A stretch of 64,000 bases of DNA from Camelus dromedarius (lineage: Eukaryota). The notes below the pieces were generated by a model. The model saw nothing but the letters and a program-made list of their open reading frames with translations. It ran no database searches and was not told the origin of the DNA. The stretch is taken from positions 57,166,001-57,230,000 of the forward strand of contig NC_087436.1 of the NCBI RefSeq assembly GCF_036321535.1, given 5' to 3'. The position numbers and the translations under genes were made by a program. The stretch's first letter is position 1; each line of letters begins with the position of its first letter. Of this stretch, positions 49,851-63,630 are shown one piece after another.

Positions 49851-52289
49851 TACCTATATCCCCCAGCACAATCAGCCCTGTGCAGGCCCTCTCTATTTTT
49901 CAGTGTCTAGTCAATACAAGCTTTTGGTCAACTCAGGGTGATTGCAAAGCTTAGAGGAGGTTGATTGCCCTTGGGCAATGTAGCGGGGAGTTCAACTTCT
50001 TTTAGAAACACTGTCCTAGTGGTTACTTGAAGATGAGATTCCTCACTCTTGAAAGCATATACATATTTAAGTTCTTACTTTAACATAAGATTCTATAAAT
50101 AAAATATATAACATGAGTGATTACTTACATATTTTGAAGTGCTGCTTTAACTCATTTTTAAAAGAATGAGGTAGAATCTGATAGATTAGATTCTATTTGT
50201 AGAATGATTATAAAGTATTATAATACTTTGATGACTTTTATAAATTTATTTTGACATTTAATCTGTTTATAATTTCAGAGCACAAAGATTGTTTCTATAT
50301 TGGAAATCTAACATAATATTTACAAAATATCTAGTATTTTCAGTTCTGGCAAGAAAAAATATGATAAAAATATAAAGAACATGAAATTAAAAGTTTTTTC
50401 TAATATTTCATTTTGACAATAGAAAGATAAAATTGGTATAAATACATATTTAAGGATTTTTACATATTCTTATTAATATTATGTAAACTATCACTGGTTG
50501 TTTAGGAATATAGGTAAGGAAAATTATTTCTTCCTGGATTAAGATAAAATAGCAATTTTGACACAGTGATTGACACAGCAGTTTGCACACTGTGTCACTG
50601 AGGAGTGAAGAAAGCATTTTTCCTATTTCAGTAAATGTTATGTGAGATTTGGCAGATATATGTGAGGTATTCTGTAGAGTAATTCAAGGGTTTTTAAAAT
50701 TTATTATATGTAACTGGAGTAGCTGCTATTAGAATGATATTAAAAATAGTTTGCCAAAATAGTTTCAAAATAATGATATTTTTGTAACTTTGAAGTGAAA
50801 TGAGATGAATAAATGTCAAATTAATATTTTTACTATAATTTCAAAGTTTATTTCCGTATAACATTAAGACATAAAGCTTAATATGGAAGAGCTTTAAATC
50901 ACATGGAATTCTTAGGAGGGAGGGATCGTGCTATGACAGAGTTAAGCAGCACACTGTAGACAGAAGAATTCTTGGAAATGAAAGAAATATTGTTTTAGCA
51001 CTGTTTCCTCATTTGCCAAAATAACTCTTTTGCTTTCTGTAGATAACAAATTACTTTGAAGTCACTCTGCACTTTGCCAAATCAAGGAGACCCACCTCAC
51101 TTAATATTTAACAGTTATTTTATATCTTAGCTTGCCCTTCATTTGATGTATATTGCTAGGTTCCTAGGCAACATTTCAGTTGCAGTTTAGGTGCCTGCAT
51201 TCTTAGGTCTTCTCATGTGACTTATTTTTTAAATCTCTGTAAACTCTCTTGCCTTCTTCTGGTACATAACCCAGAGTGAGAGCGAGCATCTCAAGACAGA
51301 GGGCCAGCAGAAGAGTAACATGATCTTTGACCTGTTTGTGACATACTGTATAAAGATTTCGGGAAATGCTGTCTGGGATAATCCATCATCAAGCAATTTG
51401 GTATAACCTTGACGACCCTGTTCTTCCAGCACAAGTGTAATGCTGGTGCAGCTGCTGTCTTGAAAAATTTGTATTTATTGTATAAAAATCTATACCCTAA
51501 AAAGCAGTAAAAACAAAATATTAGTTTGTTAAGTAAATTAAGGAGTAGAGAACAGGAAAACATTGCTTTGTGTAAAAGCTGCTCAGTAGCAGTTGAAATC
51601 TACAGACACTGGGAACAGCTCTTCCAAATCAGTGAACTAGACCTTGCAAGTGAGAGCAGATACTGTATTTCTCTTGGTTATCAATACAAGTGTGACACTC
51701 TCTGAATATACTTTGTAGCTACGCAATAGTCACACAATTTTCTATTTTGATGTGAACGATACTAAAAACAAATTTAAAAAGTGAATCTAGGTTAAATTAA
51801 GTAAAAGCAGGGAACAAAAACTGAGCCAAGGAATAAAAACCTTTGCAATGTGTTGGTAAACAGTGAGGAGAGGTAGCTGTATTTATAAGACCCCTGGAGA
51901 AAAGACGGAAGATTTGTGTGATTTTAAGAGAAACCAGAGTGTTCCATTTATACTACCTTAGCTTATCCCACCTTCAGGTCTCACCACATTGACTGGAACT
52001 ATCCTCTCTTTGGTTTGTGGAAATTCAGCTTGACTCTCCTCCAGTTAACTCCCTGCCTTGCATCATAATCCACCTTAGATTCTAAAGAGCTAATCCAATC
52101 CAGTTACTTCTCTGCTTTAAAATCAAAGCAAAACAAAACCAAGCAAAACACAAACAAACAAACAAAAAATCCTCAGTACTTTACCATCAGGCCATTGACT
52201 AAAGTCCCAACTCATGATTTTCCATGATCTTACCACTACAGCCTCAATTTTCAGTATTGCTCCTTCCTGTTCTAGCCATATTGAACTAT

Positions 52290-52515
52290 TTATTTATTTA
52301 TTTATTTTAAACTTTTTTTTTTACTGAGTTATAGTCATTTTACAGTGTTGTGTCAAAGTCCAGTGTAGAGCACAATTTTTCAGTTATACATGAACATACA
52401 TATATTGTCACTTTTTTTCACTGTGAGCTACCACAAGGTCTTGTAATATTTCCGCTGTGCTATACAGTATAATCTTGTTTATCTATTCTACATATGCCTG
52501 TCAATATCTACAAAT
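52290..52515 (-). mobile_element. young camelid-type L1 3' end inserted in an L2 fragment
   Basis: Close reverse-complement match to 63415-63615 (tgagttatagtcattttaca...gtgagctaccacaag...tatacagtataatcttgtttatctattctacatatgcct). Confidence 0.9.
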
Positions 52516-52649
52516 ACGAACTTTTAATTCTTCAAAAGTACCATCTTTTTCTTTCACTTCCAAGCCTTGCCTTATCTTAGCCTGGGCATTTTATCCCATC
52601 TTCTCATCTTTCAGCCTTACATTTTTTTTCCTTAAAAGGCACCACTCCC

Positions 52650-52785
52650 TATCTGGTAATAACCTATATTGGAGTATAATCTGCAAAAACAAAACAAAAC
52701 AACAAACAAACAAACACACCAAATCACTATGCTATACACCGTAAACTAATGCAATATTGTAAATCAACTATATTTCAATTAAATA
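52650..52785 (+). mobile_element. short L1 3' end with perfect TSD
   Basis: 16-bp TSD aaaaggcaccactccc (52634-52649, 52786-52801) at a canonical TT/AAAA site. Confidence 0.9.
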
Positions 52786-53079
52786 AAAAGGCACCACTCC
52801 CGAAGATTGAGTTGGGTCCCCTAAAGATACTTCCACATTATCATGTGCAAGCAGTGTTGTCTGCTTTACAAAAGAGGAAAAAGAAACTCTGGAGCACCTG
52901 ACTTGCCCAATGTTACCCACCTACAGAATATCAGAGCTGGATCTTAAATTCAGAACTTCTGGCTTCCACCTAGGCCTCACCCCAGTATTCCACAATAGCC
53001 CCTCATATGCTTAATTTTATCTGAACAAATAGGCATTCAGGTAGTTCTCTGTGGTTTCATTCCTCTATTCCTTAACATA

Positions 53080-53385
53080 GTCCTCATTCTTATGTTAACT
53101 CTATGTTTGTGTCTACCTGGGAAATTCTTACTCATTTTTCACAACTCAGTTGCAGAAAGTGAAGCATTCTCCAGTCCATCTCCCTCTTTAGGCTCACCAT
53201 GTTACTTACCCCTTAACACTACTTATTGTAGGTTATAATCATCTCTACATGTTTATCTCTTCTGTTAGACAGTGAGCTTCTTGAGGGCAAAGATTCATCT
53301 CAGTCATTTCTATATCCCCTGCTACCCAGGACAGTGCCCAATACATAGTAGGTTCAGTATTTTAAACGTGGAAGCACATGTTAAT
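53080..53385 (+). mobile_element. LINE-2 3' region
   Basis: ttagacagtgagcttcttgagggcaaag...ccaggacagtgcccaatacatagtagg. Confidence 0.75.
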
Positions 53386-54227
53386 AATACTGGAATGTTC
53401 ATTTCTTATATTTTCTCTCCATGACAGCATGTAGGTTGTCCAGCTTGTCATCAGGATAAGGTGTAACCTCTGTTTGCCCAAAAAAGGACCTTGCATGACT
53501 TCTCATAGCTTCCAGTTCCAAGACCTTGCCACAAGAGCTAAGTTCTTACACAAGTTCTAACTGTTGCATGAGTTTGATTTCAAACTTTTCTCTCTTCATA
53601 TACGCACAATATGAGATTGCAGTATGTGCACGTGCAGACACACACACCACACAGTCACACAGCCTCTCCAAGCTTTCCTTCAGTCTGGGGAAGTGAGAGC
53701 TGTATGACCAGAGGAGGGTGGTAGAGAACGAGGAAGGATGTTTTAATTTTCTGTAGAGGGTAGAGCAAGTTAACCAGAGTAACCTAGGTTTTGTGGTTGA
53801 GCGATGTGATGTAAGAGCTTTCCTTTCTCCTGTCTGCTCTTCTTAATTTCCGTCTCTGTTTTTGGAGATTGCCCTCCAGTTAGGCCATGGAGTCAGAGGG
53901 AGCCGCACTGAGGGAGAAGCCCCACTCGTGTCAGGCGAGGTGCGTTTTCCCTGTGTGCTGTGTGGCCACACACGCACTTTCAGCCTCATGGTTTGCAGTG
54001 TGCTGTAGCAGCTTACTTTTTGCACTAAGTGTAAAATTGAGTGGTCACTGTGTGTGGTGGCATGAAAATTCTCTGGCTTCAAGTCCCAAGATAATCACAA
54101 AGCTTCTGCTGAAGTGTTCTTTCATATCTGCATTTTCTGTCTTGTTCTTTCTCCATTCACCATTGCTGATGAAGAATAACAAAACAAATCTTTGATCTTT
54201 CCATAGAGTTGGAAATAACATGAAGAG

Positions 54228-54370
54228 AATCATGGGTTAGAATCCTTTTTCCACCATTTATTAGTGATACAACCTTGGATAAACTGCCCAATCATCCTGA
54301 AACAGTTTTTCTTACCCCTAAAATGGATATAATACCATATACCTCACAGTGGTTGAAAGGACTAAAGAAA
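54228..54370 (+). mobile_element. MIR fragment
   Basis: gggttagaatcc...ccatttattag...accttggataa...taaaatggatataataccatatacctcacag. Confidence 0.65.
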
Positions 54371-54755
54371 ACCACAAAGATGACAATGCTGATTCCTGGT
54401 AGCTCTAGCTCAGCGAGTGTTAGTTTCCTTCTCTTTTCCTCCCTTACAAGTTCTCTTTCTTCCCTACGTCTTGCTTCAGTCACTAATGGGTTGTGAAATT
54501 CCCAGAACATAGGGAATAAAGGAGAAGAGAAATACAAGGTAGTTAGGTAATAGCTCCATTGCTCACTGGGCCTGGGAAACATACACTTAGAGTGGTAGGG
54601 AATGTTTTGACACTCCATGAAGTTCAACCTTACAAAGGACTGTTTTTTGGGTTTCTTTTTTATAGTTTGTGAAGCTTCATGGTTACAGTTTACTCTGTCC
54701 TTTGGAAATCACTAACTCAAGGAAAGGCATCTCAGTTCCTCTTTAGGCCCTAAAT

Positions 54756-54947
54756 CAGTGGTTCTCAACCTTAGCTGCACATTAGGTTACCTGGAGCACT
54801 TACAACAATTATTTTTAAAAAACAGAAATGCTGCGGCCCCAGCCTAAATTTATTAAATGAGAATCTCAGGGGATGAGGCCCTGGCATCAGTATTGGAACA
54901 AAATTCTCTAAATTATTTTAGCCATTGCAAAGTGGTTGCAAACTTTG
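54756..54947. mobile_element. MER5-like hAT-Charlie element with 8-bp TSD
   Basis: Starts cagtggttctcaacctt; TSD ccctaaat (54748-54755) / gcctaaat (54948-54955). Confidence 0.8.
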
Positions 54948-57900
54948 GCCTAAATCATAATGTCACTATGATGTTCATACTATGTTTTATTGAGGTTGTA
55001 AAATATAATAATAATTGTGTAAACTGACTTTTGAAAAAAGAACATAAATTGGGGGAGATTAAATTGATAAAATATAGAAAAGATAAATATTATTTAAAAA
55101 CATTACCTGTGATTATGACAAAATAGGATTCCCAAGTTCCCCCAAAGTCTATAAATATTATAAGTTGCAAAGGGCAGAAGTGAACCACTCTTTCTCTTAT
55201 GAATCCAGATGGAGCTACATTGGGAGGTTGCTAATTGGAGTCAATGAAGGATGAAAACCTGCATTTTCTTTTATAATTAGACAAATCAATTATAGACAAA
55301 TCACATTTCTAAGAATAAGAAACTACAAATAATAAAAATATGACATGCTGAGTTCACGGAAGCAGCTACAGAAGTGTATTTATTGGGCTAAATTGAAATA
55401 TTAACCCCTTGGAAACTCCTGACATCTATTTAGTCAGAAATGGAAAAGAGCTATCAGATAACAGAGCCTATCCTCCTGGGAGCCTCCTGGATTGTGTCTA
55501 GTGCCAGAGAGAGGATAACACATTCCTCCCAGCCCAAAGGCCATCCTCCTAAGTACTCACTTGGCAGACATCCTGGAAAATGGTAGTGTTGTAAGGGCCA
55601 AGTTTCTCTTCTCAGAGATCTCTATTGGACATGATAAAGAAAAGGAAAAAAAAAAAAAACTCAAAGCACAAACTGTACACAATCCAATGTACATTTTAAA
55701 GGATGTACTAGTGAATATTTACACAGTGGGTCAGATTTTTGTTCTGTGAGATTCAAAAGAAGAAAGGAACTCTTCGAGTTGAGAGTCTAGCTTATTGTTT
55801 TTAGTGATGGCTTTTAGAGACAAGTGATCCAATAGCCACTACTTTTGAAGATCGTGATTTTGTAAGCAATGGAAGTTTCAGGTGTCAGTAACCCATGTTG
55901 CACTGGTTTAAGGTGATTGTTGATAGTTATTTCAAAGTCCTTTAACACCGTTATTTGTAGAAAATAAATCTGACATAAGCCTTTGCTGAAAAGAGAGACC
56001 TCTCTTTTCTTAAATGCAGCAAGCAAACATCTATTGTCAATGAATTGACAATAAAAAGCAAAACATAAAGAGAACTCAGCCTTTTTCTGGGACTCAGCTG
56101 ACTGATTTGTGTCTTCAGAGTAAGGTTTGCCAAATCAATATGATTATTAATTTAAAAGGTTATTGCATTTTCTCAAAGAACAATTGCAAATTGTCTCAAA
56201 AAATAAAAGCCATTATAGATGACATAACCTTAATCATTTTATTTTGGATTATTTTTTCTTTCCTTTTCTTCTTTTTTTCTTTTTTTGCATACCAATTAGA
56301 AAAAAAGGCATAGTTTTTCACAGGCTTATTATTTGATGAACTGGTATTATTGGGAAGATTTCAACAATCTTCAGATGGTATACAAAATAAATTATATCCT
56401 TTCCAAAACTAGTTGTTTCTGAAACAAGGTTTATACATTTTTATTTTAGAAAGATGCTGATCTTCAGTCACAACTTTTTATTACAGAAGAATAAACTTGA
56501 AATCTCCCTGTGAGACATTTTAAAACTTTTGATAACTTTTTAATATTTTCTTTCTTTCACTTATGCTCAGTATGTACCTTGAATTTGATGGCCAAATGCT
56601 ATTGTCATCTCAAAAGGGCATGACTGCGGCTTGTTCTCGGGGGATCTCTTGGTCTCTCTGAGCCATGACTCAGAATGAGAGGTTATTTGGTGGAGACCTA
56701 CTGTCCTTAGAGGGTGAGAAGCATTTGCCTTGAGGAGTGGGTTCCCTGCCTGCCTGCTGTGTCAGAATTCAGAAATGTAGTGGCTGTAACATATGATCTG
56801 GCTGAGGATGCCTGGGACTGAATTTCACATACAATTGGCACTGGGCTGAGTTTCCTTGTCACAGCTCTGGGCTTTAGTTTGGATGAGGGTTGTCACTGCA
56901 TAGGCAAAATTTGGACAATTTGGAACCCCCTGAAGGAAAATACTCCAACTTAAAAAATATAGACATGAATTCCCACTAAAAAGGTGGTTACTTTTATAAG
57001 ATACATTATTTTGTGGTTTACAAGTTTATTATAATATTGCTCCACTTGAGTAAATTTATTATCTTTCCATTTGAAATGTAATTATTTATTTCAAAATGTA
57101 TTTTAATTATTCATATTATCCCTCATTTCAGAAAGCATCCCAGGTGGTTTAAAGGAAATACAACAATGAAATATTTAAATATAAACATGAATGGATAAGG
57201 AAAAGAAGATGTAGTGCACATGGGATAATTATGTATAAATTCAAGGCAACACTTTAATCAAATTTAAATAAAATTGGAAAATCATATTACTTTTTGCTTA
57301 TGAAGCAAAAATGATTCAGAACTATTTTATTACAATATCCCACATTTTAAATTTGATGATGTCATTATTGTATATTTAGTAATAGTATATAAAATTAGAG
57401 TGATCTTTAGTTTGTCTTGCTTTTCCAGGACATGGAGAAAATCACAGCACAGAGAAGTTTCCATATTGGTTAAATTTTACTGGAATTTTCTTAATAAGTG
57501 TGTTAACTATAGTAATGGGAAAAAGTATTTGGGAATGTGGGACCATCCTATTAAGACCTTAATATTCCTATACATTTTTCACATTGAAATGAAAATACAT
57601 GGATCCAATAAATATACTATTATATATTTCATTTTAATTACTATACACTTTTAACATACTTTGAATAACAAAATTCTGCTGACAGCAAGGAATTAAGGAG
57701 AAAATGTGGTGTCACCACCATAGCAAGTATCTTTGGAGCAATTTGCAGATTTGAATGTTGCTCACAGATAAAGACAAAAACAAAAGCAAAAATTAAAATG
57801 AAAACCAAACAACATAAATACTGTATCTGTGGATGTACACACTACTTTCAAGTTTTAAAATTTATTTTATAAAAAATAAACAATTCTATTTCTCACTAAT

Positions 57901-58723
57901 GCCAAAAAACAAGAATAAAAACTCTCCCCCAATGGAAACTTTTAACAGAAGGAAAGGCAGTGGAATGAGGATTTAATTTTTTTATTTGCAAGGTAGTTAA
58001 TCTACTTATTCTCTCAGTTTATAATTTTTGTCATCACACATTTTGTTTTTTTAAATAAAACCTAATTTAAAGTAGGTTTAGTCACAGTGAATGAGAGAAA
58101 TACATATGTATTGAATTCCACGAGATAGATTTATTTTATTGTTGCTGGCTGCAAGAAGTAACAATAAATTCTTACACAATAAAATCTGTACCTATATATG
58201 GGGGCTGTGAAAGACAAAGCATGTAAGTATTGCAGTGGATGACTGCCTTAAAATTTTTTTAGAAAGATCATATAGGTTAGAGAACTGCAAAGAGAAAAAA
58301 CAAACCCATGGCATGTGTATTTCTATAAGACTAGTCCTTTGGGGAGAAAAATTGTTTCAGGTCTCAAAGGAAGCCATGCAAAATGTGTACACAATTGTGG
58401 GGGATAGAAAGCATGGGTTCCACATGAAATAAGCATTTAAGTGAGAATATAAAACATTTAAGTGAGATTCCAGGTAGATCTAGCTACCACAGGAACCTCT
58501 AAGGTCAGCATTGAGCCTGACACCCCATGGCCTGCTGGGCTAGAAGAAAGGGCTTGCTTTAAATGACCACCTTCAGTTTCAGTTATCTTATTCCTAGTTC
58601 ATACATCAAAATAAATATGTTCCTTGTAGGAACATGGGAATCAGTATGAGATAAATAATCCCTGAAGTTTGTCAGCAACTGAAAAGCTTTGAATTCTGTT
58701 TCACAGAAGGCTCAGATTGGAAG

Positions 58724-58726
<3 letters not shown>

Positions 58727-58761
<35 letters not shown>
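58727..58761. repeat. (TG)17 microsatellite
   Basis: Directly visible. Confidence 0.97.
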
Positions 58762-58764
<3 letters not shown>

Positions 58765-61389
58765 AACCAGCCATCACTAGACACAGACATTATAATATCA
58801 AAGTCAATTCTCTCTGAAATGTTGAATGAAGAGTAGGAATAGTTAGAGTAAAAAAAAAAGTGGAAGATTCCCAGGAAGATTTGACTTATGACTGAGAGGA
58901 AAATGAATTCATTTATTTTTGTAAGCAAATATCTTTCAAATGTCTCATCAGGGTTGTATTCAGGAGGTAAAATGAGAAAATGTTGATTTCACCGGCATAA
59001 AAAAAGAACAATGATATCACTAGCTACTCATTTCATGAAGAAGACTAAACCTAAATAGTGGGTATTCTAAAAGATGGGCTCTGAACATTACATTGTGCCA
59101 CAGACATTGTATGGCAGAGGGAGAACCTGATTTCATAAGACATATTAATTTTAAGCAGAGGTGAAAACACCAAGGTTAATTCAGCATAACCACATGAAAA
59201 ATGTCTATAATTACGTCTGGATGTATAGAATATTACCTTGACAATCTAAATGTTAGAACTAAGAGTAAGAGAGCATCTACTTTACACAGTGGAATGCTTT
59301 TCAATTCTGCTTTTTAAGCAAAAACAAGAACAAGAAATTATTGCTGCATTAAGAAGCAGGGAAAACATGCAAACCACCAGTATATTGACAAATATTCTCA
59401 TAGTTGTCAAGTCAGATGGGTTTCCAACTTAATTAGGTAAACAAAAATAGGCCATAAGGCAGTTCTCTAAGACAATAAATAAAAATAAAAAATGGTGGTA
59501 GGGAAAGAAGGACCTAGAAGGAGAAATTCTTTTAAAAATTGTCTTGGCTGCTTTAGTGTCTTAATTTTCAAAACAGCGTGTTTAGTGTGCAGGAGACAGC
59601 ACTGAGGACCATAAAGTAATAGCATCAGTAGCTAATACGGTGGCCCACTTGCTGGCTTACATCACTACAAATTCTGATGGCTCTAGAAAAGGCTTGTCTT
59701 TAACTTGAGCTTCATTCTTTCATAACAGCTGTATGACAGCAGAGCAAGTTCTGAGGAATAAGATTTAACAGACTGAAGGAAGAGAAGTAAAAATAATTTG
59801 AGAATTCACCTGAGGTAAATCTGTAACCATAAAAAAGTATTTTGTTAAAAATTACTATCTAAAAATCCAAATTGTGCCTTCACAGTGTCTATAAACTAAA
59901 GAAAAACATGTTAAAATATTTTTCATTTACAGTAACCTTATTCATTACAAGAAGGAACACTTGTGGAGGTCTAATTTCAAGAAGTATTATTTTATTTGCT
60001 TGACATGTATTATCTTGGTTAATTCTCATGCTGGCAGTAGGGATTTGTGTCCGACACAGTCTTCAGCAGCATGGGATGGTTTAAGGGAACGGATGAGGCA
60101 GCGAATACAGGTAGGAAGGGGTGTTAGGACAGGGCATGTTAATTCTGACCAGCAAACAGTCTTCCACTGTCAGTCTAAATAAAAATGAGGTATGAGTTAT
60201 ATATTTAATTATGAGGATGTGAGAGGAGTTCAGGGGCAAAGGCACTTAGTAGTAATTCAGTTAAGGTGAAGTTGCTTGTGAAGTCAAAGGGAAAATGAAT
60301 ATTTCACTTGATTCTAACAAATTTAATTTGTCTTTCAACTACTACACAAAGACAATCATTTCAAACAATAGAACATTCTGTTTCAGTCTCTGATTAGGCC
60401 TTGCCACCATATTTTTTTCCCCCTAGGGTTAACAAGAATCAGTCATAGCAGTAATTTCCTATGAAAAAGAAATCCTATCAGGTCCCATGTCTGGGTCTGT
60501 GGAGCTGATGGATTGCTTCTTTTTTTATAGAGCCAAATCATTTTTGTAGGAGTCAGCTTTCAAGTGTATAAATTTCATTTTGGAAATTATTTCTTGCAAT
60601 ATTTGCTTTCAGTAATTCTTTTTTAACATTAATTAGCTGAAAAAACCCACTGAGGACCACAAAAAGTTTCTGCAAAATAATACGATAATTTGTATTGAAA
60701 ATGTGATTGAATACTGAGAAGAAATAAAAGAAACAAAAGAATCACGAATAACTCTGTTATAGCTATGTGAAATATGGGATAAAATATACTTATACTTTCT
60801 TCTGTTTGATCTAATATATCTAATTTTTCATCCCATTTTCCCTTTCCCTATCCCTCTATCCTGTCAAAGTTTAGACAGTGTCTCCTCTGTTACAGAGATT
60901 TCAGTTGTGATTCACAGTTCAGAATAAACGCTGACTGTTTACAAAAAAAAAAAAAAAACTCAATTACTGAGATAAGTTTCAACATTAACAAAAAGTAAGC
61001 CTTTTCCTGCTAGTGTGTTTTTGATCAAGAAGATTAAAGGGTGCGGTCAAGCCTCTTTCTTATAGGCCAACAGATTTTTATTGCTGTGGTATTTGTATTT
61101 TGATCATTTGTATTTTTATCATGCATTTGTAAGTACAAGAGTTCAATCAAATGGACACATGGGGCATGTTAAAATCAATGTAAATATTCTTAACTAGGCT
61201 GTGAAAAGTGGTCTTTGCCTGGTGGAAGGGACATTTAATAATATTTTATATCAAGAATGCAATTTGTCAGTTAGCAGTCGGGGTGCTCTTTGAGTTGTTT
61301 AGTTTGTTGTGATAACAAATTTGTCATAGTGAAAATACATTGGCTATCACATTCAATGATAAGATGCATTAATAATGCACATAATAAGC

Positions 61390-61600
61390 TGTAATGAAGT
61401 GGAGAAAACACTGGAGTTCGAATTCCATGATCTAGGTTTGGATTCTGATTTGTTAGTTACTACTCGTAAGGCCTTGTTGGAATAAGCCAGTTTATCTGTC
61501 TTGACCATTTTTCTTATTTGTTTAGTGGGGATAGTAACTTATACCTCATAGAGGTTTTGGGGGTGTGTTAAATGTCACAATCACATTAAAGAATCATTAA
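61390..61600 (+). mobile_element. MIR SINE
   Basis: gatctaggtttggattctg...ttttcttatttgtttagtggggatagtaacttatacctcatagagg. Confidence 0.65.
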
Positions 61601-62072
61601 TTTTATCATATGGGAGTTGAATCTATGCCTTGGCACCCATATGCCAGAAAGAATACTTCCCAACTCAAGTAAGAGCACATTGTGAGTAAACAATTGGGAC
61701 TGTGAGTAAACTCCAGTCCTGAAAGTAAATTATCAAAATGGAAATGCAAACCTTAAAAATGTAACTTTTGGAGACTTGCCACTAGGCCTAGCTGCAATGA
61801 GAAAATTGAAAAATTATTAAGAACTAATAATATCCATGGTGAAAATAAATTACTACCTCTGCTTATAAGAAGGAAGAGAGAGAAGAAAAGAAAGAGGCTA
61901 ATTTTGTTCCTTACACATCTATAAATAAAAACCAAGGAAAATCTGATCTGAGCTGAACTCTTCTTAGTTTCATCTTATAGGAAAATGTTTAAAGTTATTT
62001 ATAGAAGGAAAATTCAATTCTAAGTTTTACATAGAAAATATGCCAAAAAAACTTCTGTAAAACTATCATTTC

Positions 62073-63289
62073 CACTCTCCCAGACTTCAGACAATACTGT
62101 AGAGCTACAGTAATAAAAACAGCATGGTATTGGTACAAAAACACATATATGGACCAGTGGAACAGAATAGAGAGCCAAGAAATGAACCCACAAACTTTTG
62201 GTCAACTAATTTTGACAAAGGAGGCAAGAATATACAATGGAATAAAGACAGTCTCTTCAGCAAATGGTGTTGGGAAAACTGGACAGCAGCATGTAAATCA
62301 GTGAAGCTAGAACACTCCCTCACACCATAAACAAAAATAAACTCAAAATTTATCAAAGACTTAGACATAAGACAAGATACAATAAACCTCCTAGAAGAAA
62401 ATATAGGCAAAACGTTATCTGACATACATCTCAACATACATCTCAAAAATGTTCTCCTAGGGCAGTCTACCCAAGCAATAGAAATAAAAGCAAGAATAAA
62501 CAAATGGGACATAATTAAACTTACAAGCTTCTGCACGGCAAAGGAAACCATAAGTAAAACAAAACGACAACCTACAGAAAGGGAGAAAATTTTTGCAAAT
62601 GAAACCGACAAAGGCTTGATCTCCAGAATATATCAGCAGCTAATACGACTTAATAAGAAAAAAACAAACAACCCAATCCAAAAATGGACAGAAGACCTAA
62701 ACAAGCAATTCTCCAAGGAAGAAATACAAATGATCAATAGGCACATGAAAAATGCTCAATATCACTAATTATCAGAGAAATGCGAATCAAAACTACAATG
62801 AGGTATCACCTCACACCAGTCAGAATGGCCATCATTCAAAAGACCACAAATGACAAATGCTGGAGAAGCTGTGGAGAAAAGGGAACCCTCCTACACTGCT
62901 GGTGGGAATGCAGTTTGGTGCAGCCACTGTGGAAAACAGTATGGAGATTCCTCAAAAGACTAGGAATAGATTTATCATATGACCCAGGAATCCTGCTCCT
63001 GAGCATATATCCAGAAGGAACCCTACTTCGAAATGATACCTGCAGCCCAATGTTCATAGCAGCACTATTTACAATAGCCAAGACATGGAAACAGCCTAAA
63101 TGTCCATCAACAGATGACTGTATAAAGAAGATGTGGTATATTTATACAATGGAATACTATTCGGCCATAAAAACCGACAACATGATGCTATTTGCAGCAA
63201 CATGGATGTTCCTGGAGAATGTCATTCTAAGTGAAGTAAGCCAGAAAGAGAAAGAAAAATACCATATGAGAGCGCTCATATGTGGAATC

Positions 63290-63321
<32 letters not shown>

Positions 63322-63630
63322 ATAAATACAAAACAGAAACAGACTCATAGACATAGAATACAAACTTGTGGTTGCCAGCGAGGGGTGGTGGGAAGGGATA
63401 GACTGGGAGTTCAAAATTTGTAGATATTGATAGGCATATGTAGAATAGATAAACAAGATTATACTGTATAGCACAGGGAAATATATATAAGATCTTGTGG
63501 TAGCTCACAGCAAAAAAAAAATGTGACCATGAATATATGTATGTTCATGCATAACTGAAAAATTGTGCTCTACACTGGAATTTGACACAATATTGTAAAA
63601 TGACTATAACTCAATATAAAATGTTTAAAA
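62073..63630 (+). mobile_element. young 5'-truncated LINE-1 (ORF2 C-terminal portion + 3' UTR) with perfect TSD
   Basis: TLPDFRQY...KTAWYWYKN...DQWNRIE; ORF 62780-63292 is the ORF2 cysteine-rich C-terminus ([18 protein letters not shown]). Frameshifts are present. 14-bp TSD aaaactatcatttc (62059-62072, 63631-63644). Confidence 0.97.

Noticed and set aside
50562..50594. V(D)J recombination heptamers CACAGTG/CACTGTG
   Set aside because: No nonamer at 12- or 23-bp spacing and no V/J segments nearby.
58434..58467. Direct repeat CATTTAAGTGAGA x2 (and TAGACAAATCA x2 at ~55278-55303)
   Set aside because: Ordinary short local duplications. They are not an array and enclose no identifiable insert.
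59595..59615. REST/RE1-like site (CAGCACtgaGGACca)
   Set aside because: The right half lacks the conserved AG and the GC-rich tail, giving too many mismatches.
1459..63292. L1-derived ORFs (1459-1662, 1664-2026, 2904-3239, 62124-62330, 62780-63292) as host genes
   Set aside because: They are frameshifted L1 ORF2 fragments within recognisable retroelements.
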